In this document: positions 57,153 to 64,000 of the stretch, piece after piece
Numbering within the stretch: position 1 is the stretch's first letter
Layout of the letters: the number at the start of each line of letters is the position of its first letter
DNA from: Mayamaea pseudoterrestris
Lineage: Eukaryota
Length of the DNA stretch: 64,000 nucleotides
NCBI GenBank assembly: GCA_027923505.1
Contig: BROI01000001.1
Location: 1,488,001-1,552,000, forward strand
Direction: 5' to 3'
The notes under the pieces: generated by a model
Database searches by the model: none
The model's input: only the letters and a program-made list of their open reading frames with translations
What the model was told of the DNA's origin: nothing
Position numbers and translations under genes: made by a program

Positions 57153-58217
57153 GGTGACATGCGGCGGCTGGTTTTTTTGTGCGGCCGTATCCAAACGACA
57201 TAGTTTAGCTTTTTTGCAGTGCCATTGCGACTTATTTGCAAGCGCTGCGACACGAGCTACCTCGGCATAGGCCAGGACGCAGAACGATACGGGTACAAGT
57301 ATGACTACTGTACACGAACACTGCAGTCTTTACTCTGGCTCGTACATGAAACACTTCAGGTGGACCGCTCGTCGGCGCATCAACAATTGCTGCAAGAGGG
57401 AGAAAATTGGCTGGTGAACTCTCAGATCCGAAGGACCGTACGAGTATGTTGCTGCTGCGAGTCACAAACATGATCTGACGTCTGTCTGACTAATGTATCT
57501 ATACGAGTACAAGGCACTTGCGCTTGTAAGAGTGAGGGTGCATTATAGAGACACACGTTTGGATAGTTTGTAAATGTGAAGCGACAAAAGCAGTGCAGCA
57601 GGGGCTACGGAGACAGTCTTTGTCGAATTCATATGTAAATAAATAACATGTAGCAGAATGACAGCAGCAGCAGCAGCAGCAGAATGACAGCAGCAGCGTC
57701 ACCAATCACTCAGTCAGCCTGTCGGCAGTCTCTACCAACCGTTGTCAATGGTCGTGGACGACTCCTCGCCCAAGCTCATGATTCGTTCAAATTCGTCTTC
57801 GATATCGACCACGGAACGAAACGTCTTGCGATTCTCCGTGGCGAATGGCTGCCGCTTTCTGTTTCTCCTCATGATTGGATCACGCAAACTGCCGACTGAT
57901 GCGTTTTGGTTCACAATGAAATCTTTGCTAACGCTTCCTCGCTTTTCGTTCTCGGCAATGGTCTTTTCGAACGACGCGCGTCGCTTGGCAATGAATGAAC
58001 CGAGAGACTTTTTGTTGCTTGACATTGGAATAACAATAGAGATTTGTGCAATAAGGAGAAGTTGCGGGGACTGAGTTTGAGGATTTGAGCAAACAGCAAA
58101 ATGAGACGGTGAGATTTGTTGTGCGATCCAAGGGGCATTGCTACCTCTGCCAATCTCAACTAGAGCTATGATTGGATCATTCATCTATTGCCTCCAGTCG
58201 TGCATGGCCTTTAATGT
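55104..58217. repeat. segmental duplication, copy 2
   Basis: Matches 27856-30975 with many synonymous substitutions and frame-preserving indels. Confidence 0.92.
57732..58025 (-). CDS. duplicate of the small hypothetical protein at 30497-30781
   Basis: Near-identical protein with a 3-aa insertion. Confidence 0.72.
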   Translation of the reverse strand: MSSNKKSLGSFIAKRRASFEKTIAENEKRGSVSKDFIVNQNASVGSLRDPIMRRNRKRQPFATENRKTFRSVVDIEDEFERIMSLGEESSTTIDNGW

Positions 58218-58529
58218 CACGACAAGCACACAAGCCAAGCTGGTATGGAACGAACACTGGACAGACGGATTGAAAGGGCTACCACTCGATTACCAACGGA
58301 CTTGCAATCTGGAGCAAATTGATGGCATTGGCAATTGAGGCCATCCAATTTGCAAGGAGACGAGAAACGATCAGTTGTTGCAAGGAAGGCTCGAACGTTG
58401 TCGACCCAGGAACCAAAAGAGATCTCTCTTGGGAGCAGCATAAAGGCTTTACTTGTTTAACACTACCAGCAGGCTTCCTGTCGTCCGTGTGATTGTACCC
58501 GCCGTACGTTACAGCTCCGCTTTTCCATC

Positions 58530-60746
58530 ATGTCGTCTCCCAGCGCCGTTGACAAGCTCAAGGCGCTCATGGCCGCCCCTCCTGCGGCGGGCTCGACTCA
58601 GCGCATCCTCGAGTCCCAGTTTTCTCGTGATGCCGAGGACCTGTCGGAGTCGGCGCGACAAGGTAAGCAAAAAGGATCCGGGGGGGTTGTGTCTCCCTCG
58701 GCGAGTGGAGTCAGTTTGATTGAAGTTTGGTTGAACCAAGATGGATTGGCGGAAGGCGTGTGCGGCGGCCGTGTGGGTGATACTCGTTTCTGTTGCGCGA
58801 CGGACACTTGCGTCGTGAAAGCCCATGAGAAGAACAAGTTTCGCTTTGAAGACAGTGACACCGCCTGCCTTTTCATCACCTCTCCTACAGGCTCCTCCCC
58901 CACCGCCTTCACCACCCAGTGGGTCCGTGTCGAAGACATCGGACCAGAAGCCCGGGCCACCATGCTCTCCACCCAGCGCTCTGTCGTCGACTGGCAGATG
59001 TTCTTCACCGCATTGCGGGATCCTCATAGTCAAAGCGATCAAGTGATGAGCGCAGCGATCGCCTCTGCCCAGTTTGCGATGGCCACGCCACGTGCAGCTC
59101 GCCGAAGCCCATTGAAGATGGAAGACTCCGACTCGCCAAGCGATTGGGTTGACGTCGCCAGTGTGACCTTTCCGACGGGCAAGGTTTCGGACGCAACGCT
59201 AAAGAGCAAAGTCGAACAAGCTGTCCCTATCCTCGCCGAAGGAGTTCGACAACTCCAGGAGGCGGCGCAAGACCAAGCCAAGCAAGTGCGTCTCAACAAG
59301 GTTGCGATTGACGATGAGCTCGACGGATTCGACGTCAGGGTCGCGCGCTTGGAGCGCTTAGTCGGTTCGCGCAGCGACGATGTAGAAGCCAGCTTGTGGA
59401 CTATGGTTGGTCGCCAATCCGCGACAGGAATCCGTGATGAAGAGCGCATGATGGCCATGCAAAAGGAAATCGACTCGCTCAAGCAAGCGCAGTCGAAGTT
59501 TGAGACGCAGCCCTTCGCGTCCAACGCGGCGAAGCAGTCCATTGGCGAGCAGGTAATCCTTCTGCTGCAGGATGGAGGAGTCATGGAAACGCTCAACATG
59601 TGTGGCGAGTACGTTAAGGAGCAGCTGCGCGTTGGGCCATCGCCAGCCGCAGCTTTGGCGAGCGGAATGTCGATTTCAGCCCAAGTCTCAGCTGCAGTCA
59701 ACGCCGCAACCTCCAAGATCATGGGCGACGTGAGAGAGCTGCTCGACGCTGGCATTGGATCGGCCGCTGGAGCAAGCGCGCTTGACGAACTCGCGTCATT
59801 GAAGGCTCGCGTGGAGCATTGTGAAGAAGCAGGATCAAGCACCCAAGTCGTGTTCGACAACATCACTTACGCGTCCCTGCTCAAGACGCTCGAAGTGGTC
59901 GACGCCCTCAAGATTGCGGCCAAGCACATGACTCTTCTCATCGACCCCTTCTCCCTGTTGCAACTGGCCTACGCCAGCAACGCCGACCCAACGTCGGTGC
60001 TTGGGAATGTGGCCAACGCCAAGAAAGCTGGTTTCGCTAGCAGCTTCCAAGCCACGATCATCGCGTCACTCAATCTGCCCCTTCCGCTCGTCTACGGCGG
60101 GACGGAGAAAGAGCAGAGCGCGCTGGGAAGCCACAAGCATCTCCTTCCTGGTCTAACCTCATGGGAAGCTTGGAACGGGACGTCGCAGCGCATCATGTCA
60201 AAGCGTATCAGATTGACTGAGCGCATCAGCCAGACCACCAAGGCCCTCAATGGACACATCCGCTCGTCAGATATGTCAGGAGGAGCAAAGCGTCTCGCCC
60301 AAGAGATGCTCGCCAAAGCCGACTCGTTCCTTACGCAGTTCTTCACGTTCAAGCTCAACTTCATGAGCGAGATGGGAGAGAACAAGGAAAGCTGGGAATT
60401 GTTGGCAGGAATGATTCACCAAATGTGGACCGACTTTCACAAGGTGCGGGCCGAGGCAGCGCTGGTCAACTATGAGGCCGACGAAGATGAACGCTCAAAC
60501 CATGTGGCGTGTTACTTGTGGAGTATGATGCAGTCGCATCAGATCGCCCAGGGTTACTTGGAGAAGGATTTCCGCAACCACCCGTCGGTGTCAAGCGTCA
60601 TGACGATTCACCTCATTGAAAACCGGGTGAGCGTCGTCAAGTTTGCGGAAGCGACGCAGAAGCTGGAGAAGGACTGTCAGTTTGCTGTCAAGACAGCCAA
60701 CGAGGCCAAGAAGCTGGCTGAGAGAGGACAAGCTCGGGGCAACTGA
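58530..60746 (+). CDS. retroelement ORF1, gag-like (738 aa)
   Basis: Cys/His cluster VCGGRVGDTRFCCATDTCVVKAH, coiled coils, position directly upstream of pol. Confidence 0.75.
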   Translation: MSSPSAVDKLKALMAAPPAAGSTQRILESQFSRDAEDLSESARQGKQKGSGGVVSPSASGVSLIEVWLNQDGLAEGVCGGRVGDTRFCCATDTCVVKAHEKNKFRFEDSDTACLFITSPTGSSPTAFTTQWVRVEDIGPEARATMLSTQRSVVDWQMFFTALRDPHSQSDQVMSAAIASAQFAMATPRAARRSPLKMEDSDSPSDWVDVASVTFPTGKVSDATLKSKVEQAVPILAEGVRQLQEAAQDQAKQVRLNKVAIDDELDGFDVRVARLERLVGSRSDDVEASLWTMVGRQSATGIRDEERMMAMQKEIDSLKQAQSKFETQPFASNAAKQSIGEQVILLLQDGGVMETLNMCGEYVKEQLRVGPSPAAALASGMSISAQVSAAVNAATSKIMGDVRELLDAGIGSAAGASALDELASLKARVEHCEEAGSSTQVVFDNITYASLLKTLEVVDALKIAAKHMTLLIDPFSLLQLAYASNADPTSVLGNVANAKKAGFASSFQATIIASLNLPLPLVYGGTEKEQSALGSHKHLLPGLTSWEAWNGTSQRIMSKRIRLTERISQTTKALNGHIRSSDMSGGAKRLAQEMLAKADSFLTQFFTFKLNFMSEMGENKESWELLAGMIHQMWTDFHKVRAEAALVNYEADEDERSNHVACYLWSMMQSHQIAQGYLEKDFRNHPSVSSVMTIHLIENRVSVVKFAEATQKLEKDCQFAVKTANEAKKLAERGQARGN

Positions 60747-61820
60747 CGGCGCGAGCCGTCGGTTGCCTCCCGCTCTGGCGAGGGGCGGCGGCGGAAGGGA
60801 GTCGAGGCGCGACAAGGTGTGGCGGAGTATGTGGAAGGCGTAACGCGCCGACTAGCAAGAGGTCGGCGGCGAATGGGAATAGTTTGCAAGACTTTTCCTT
60901 TCTGGGGATGGGTGGCCGGCTCAGGCGGAGCGGAGGTGGTGTGGATAGCAGGAGTTGAAGGTGGGCGCGAGGACGCGTTTGGAGGAATGGAGCTGGCGCA
61001 GGTGAAGTGGTGGGATAGAGCAGAGCGCCTGGAGGATTGGCTAGCGAGACAGCAGGAGGCGGATGTCGTGTGCTTTGATAACATAAGACCTGGAGCTTCG
61101 CATGCGGTATGGAAGCTCCCGGGAGTGGAATTAGTTATCTGGTTTGGTTCCTACTCTCGTGGCAATGTACCCCTAGGTTGGATTAGGACGAGTCATCTTA
61201 TTAGGCACTCCGAGTTGGGAGGCGTCACCAACGGCGAGTTCGTCGTCCACTTGGCGACAAGGAGCGACGCCCCACTCGCCAAACTTCCTCAGGAGGTTGG
61301 TGTGCGCATGTACTTGGCTTCCATTATTGACAAGACGGCAAACGGCGTGCCCTGCTCCCCTCCAACGAACGCGGAAGACGTATTGGTAGACCTTCGCCAA
61401 CTGGGAGACCGCTACGTGGTACCATCGGTATTCTCTCGCACAGGCTTCGTCCGAAGAAAACTCAGTTCAAAGGAGGTAAATCTGGTGTGGGACTTGCCTG
61501 CGACCATCACGAAGTCGTGTCCCCCTCGGCTGGTTGAGCGCCTTGTGGAGGAAGTGCGATTGCCCTTCAAGATTCGAGTGCACGCGCTCAGCGTCTTGAC
61601 TGACTTCAGCGATGCGTTGGCGACTGGCGAGCCTGCGAGAAGCGTCATTAAAGAGCAAGCAGGCGACTCGCAGCCCGGGTTGAAGTCCAAGCATGAGGAG
61701 AACGCGGGTCGAGACGCCAAAGCGACGAAGGCGGACGACGCGGAAGTGCCACGCTGGCTTTGGAATGAGCGACTGCACTTGCTAGACAAGGGAGCGAGCG
61801 AGGAGGAGGTAAAGCGAACA
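60747..61820 (+). CDS. pol N-terminal part: degenerate C5 DNA-methyltransferase-like domain, in frame with ORF1 after TGA
   Basis: No stop from 60747 in the ORF1 frame; motif order GAEVVWIA, EADVVCFD, GW..HLIRHSELGGVT..FVVH, YLASIID, RRKLSSKEVNLVWDLP. Confidence 0.6.
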
Positions 61821-64000
61821 GAGGGAGACTGCACGCGCGATGGGTGCGAAATCTGTCACGAAGCTTCTGGAGGTGGGTGTGCGTCGAGCGGACAGCGGGC
61901 CGCTTCGTTCCTCGCCAAGCAATCTCGGCAGGATTAGCCGCCATTGGACACGCTCTCAAATCCGATTGGTGGGAGTGGAAAGGCGGGTCCGCTCCTTTCT
62001 TCTGGCGCTGGCCGGCAGCCTTTCAGAAGACGATCCGTGATGGCCTGCCGCCGAGGTTTATCGATAAACCACCAGCCAACAAGAAACCTCAGCGAGTACC
62101 AAAGGATGCGGAGGAGTTGGCCCTGGTTGTCGCCAAAGTGAACAAGCTCCGGGCCAGAAAGTACATCGCGGTGGGAGAAGTGCGCTCGTTGATCAACATG
62201 TTTCCCGTTCCTAAAGGAGAGTCCGACATCCGATTGGTTTTCGATGCGACAGCGAGTGGATTGAACGAGGTTTTGTTTGCTCCATGGTTTGCGCTCCCCA
62301 CTGTCAGTCAGATGGTACGAACAGTTGCACCGCAATACTATTGCGCGGACAATGATTTTGGCGAGATGTTCTACAACTTTTGGCTGCACGAAGAGCTCCG
62401 GCCCTACACTGGGATCGACCTGACCGGCCTTTGTCCAGATGAGCGAAGCATCAGGGGAGGGCGGATATGGGAGCATTTCACGCGACCCACTATGGGACTG
62501 GGGCCTTCACCCTATCAAGCCGTCCAAGGAGCACTGCAATTCAAGGGGTTGGTACTGGGGCGAGGATCCGCGGAAGCGTCCGCGGACTCCAACGCTTTCC
62601 ACTGGGTCAGTGTTGAGCTGAACGTCCCGGGGATGCTCGCCTATGACCCCGCGCAACCATGGATCTCCAAGCGCCGAAAGGATGGTCGAGTGGCAGTAGA
62701 TATGCACTTGTTTGTTGATGACTCACGAACGACAGCACCAACGGAAGAGCTTGCTTGGCAGGGCGGCAGTAGGATCGCAAAGCTGGCCTCCTGGTATGGA
62801 CTACAAGATGCAGCGCGCAAGAGAAGGCCGCCGAGTCAAACACCTGGCGCATGGTCGGGATCTGTGGTTTCAACCACAGAGGAAGGAGTCTTTGTGTCGG
62901 TGTCAGTGGAGAGATGGGGCAAGACGAGAGCGGCGATCGCGTGGATCAAGGAGCAGCTAAGCCAGGATCCCAAGGCGATTGAGTTCAAGCAATTGGAGCG
63001 CATCCGCGGCTTTTTGGTTTACGTGGGACAAACCTACCGATCCTTGGTACCTTACCTCAAAGGCATCCACCTCACGCTTGACAGTTGGCGGGGAAACCGA
63101 GATGAAGAGGGCTGGCGGCACGGAGGAAGCAAGCGAGTGGAAGAGCAGCAGGAGGCCGCGGAAGCTCCTGCGGGCGAGGACGACGCATCCGCCCCGGCTC
63201 GTGTGCGAGTGGTAGCTAGGCTGGCGGAAGATGTGGAAGCCTTGCTTAAGCTTACCAACCATGCGACTCCACCGCTGGTGAGCGTCCGCCCCAGCCAGAG
63301 CGCCAGAGTCGTCATTGGATTTGGAGACGCATCCGGGAGCGGCTTTGGGATCTCTGAAGCAGACAACAAGGGAGACTATGAAGTAATCCAATACGTCTAC
63401 GGTGTGTGGGAAGAGCGCGTGAGCAACGAGTCATCTAACTTTCGAGAGTTGAACAACTTTGTGGTGAGGATCGAGTCGGGGCTCTCCAATGGAACCATTC
63501 AGCCCGGAACAGAGTTCTTCCTTTTCACGGACAACTTCGTGACTGAGCGTGCCTTCTACAAGGGTACAAGCAAAGCCAAAGTGCTCTTTGAACTGGTCCT
63601 GCGCTTGCGAACACTCGAGATGATTGGCAAGATCTTTCTTCACGTTATTTGGTGCTCCGGCAAGCGAATGATTGCTCAAGGGACAGATGGTCTCTCGCGG
63701 GGAGATTTAGCTAACGGAGTCCTTGTGGGCGAGTCGATGCTGGATTTCGTTCCGATACACTTGTCTCCTTTGGAACGCTCTCCCGAGCTTGAAAGGTGGA
63801 TCCGCAGCTGGTGTCCAAGGAACGCGTTGTTCCTCAAGGAAGCGGATTGGTTCGACTGCGCTCACACAGAGACGCGCCCCATGTTCTGGTTCCCAGCTCC
63901 CGCCTTGAGTGATGTAGCTCTGGAGCAACTGTGCGAGGCTTGGCACGCCAGGCCACACGTATTCCATTGCATTGTGGTGCCGAGCTTAATGACGAGTCGG
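61811..64000 (+). CDS. pol: reverse transcriptase + RNase H + start of DIRS-type MT-like domain (open to window end, absent from the ORF track)
   Basis: MFPVPKGESDIRLVFD, DNDFGEMFYNF, MGLGPSPY, LFVDD (62711-62722), PGAWSG; RNase H GDASGSGFG, SSNFREL, FTDN, TDGLSRG; then FWFPAP...CIVVP. Confidence 0.9.

Larger units (their letters stand above)
58220..64000 (+). mobile_element. DIRS-like (tyrosine-recombinase class) retrotransposon, 3' end beyond the window; left boundary approximate
   Basis: Intronless, visibly GC-richer than flanks; gag-like ORF then RT, RNase H and an MT-like segment; no protease or DDE integrase seen. The recombinase is not visible in the window. Confidence 0.8.

Noticed and set aside
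59039..59866. Long antisense ORFs (275 aa here; similar ones opposite other genes)
   Set aside because: Shadow ORFs expected from codon bias on the coding strand; no motifs.

Overview
Compact, intron-containing eukaryotic nuclear DNA, most likely a diatom or other stramenopile (inferred from short GT-AG introns, a bipartite 'SNA-F' plastid-type presequence and diatom-style orphan/PAS-like genes). Recognisable genes: ABCF ATPase, MIC10-like, ALKBH6-like dioxygenase, RNA polymerase I largest subunit, proteasome beta subunit (PSMB1-type), two divergent PAS-like proteins, a PXA-PX-Nexin_C sorting nexin, a MYND-finger protein, acyl-protein thioesterase, arginyl-tRNA synthetase, a GNAT, SURF1 and a SOUL haem-binding protein. 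Genes between about 36.4 and 54.1 kb carry many small indels, probably assembly errors. A 1.8 kb non-autonomous TIR element with two internal foldback units lies between the PAS-like genes. About 3.1 kb (27.9-31.0 kb) recurs as a diverged, truncated copy at 55.1-58.2 kb. The most interesting feature is the DIRS-like retroelement from about 58.2 kb to the window end. Its gag-like ORF is separated from pol by one in-frame UGA-CGG set in two mutually exclusive hairpins (candidate readthrough switch). Its pol appears to begin with a catalytically dead C5 DNA-methyltransferase-like domain, followed by RT, RNase H and the start of a DIRS-type MT-like domain. All domain calls are by-eye motif recognition, not database searches.
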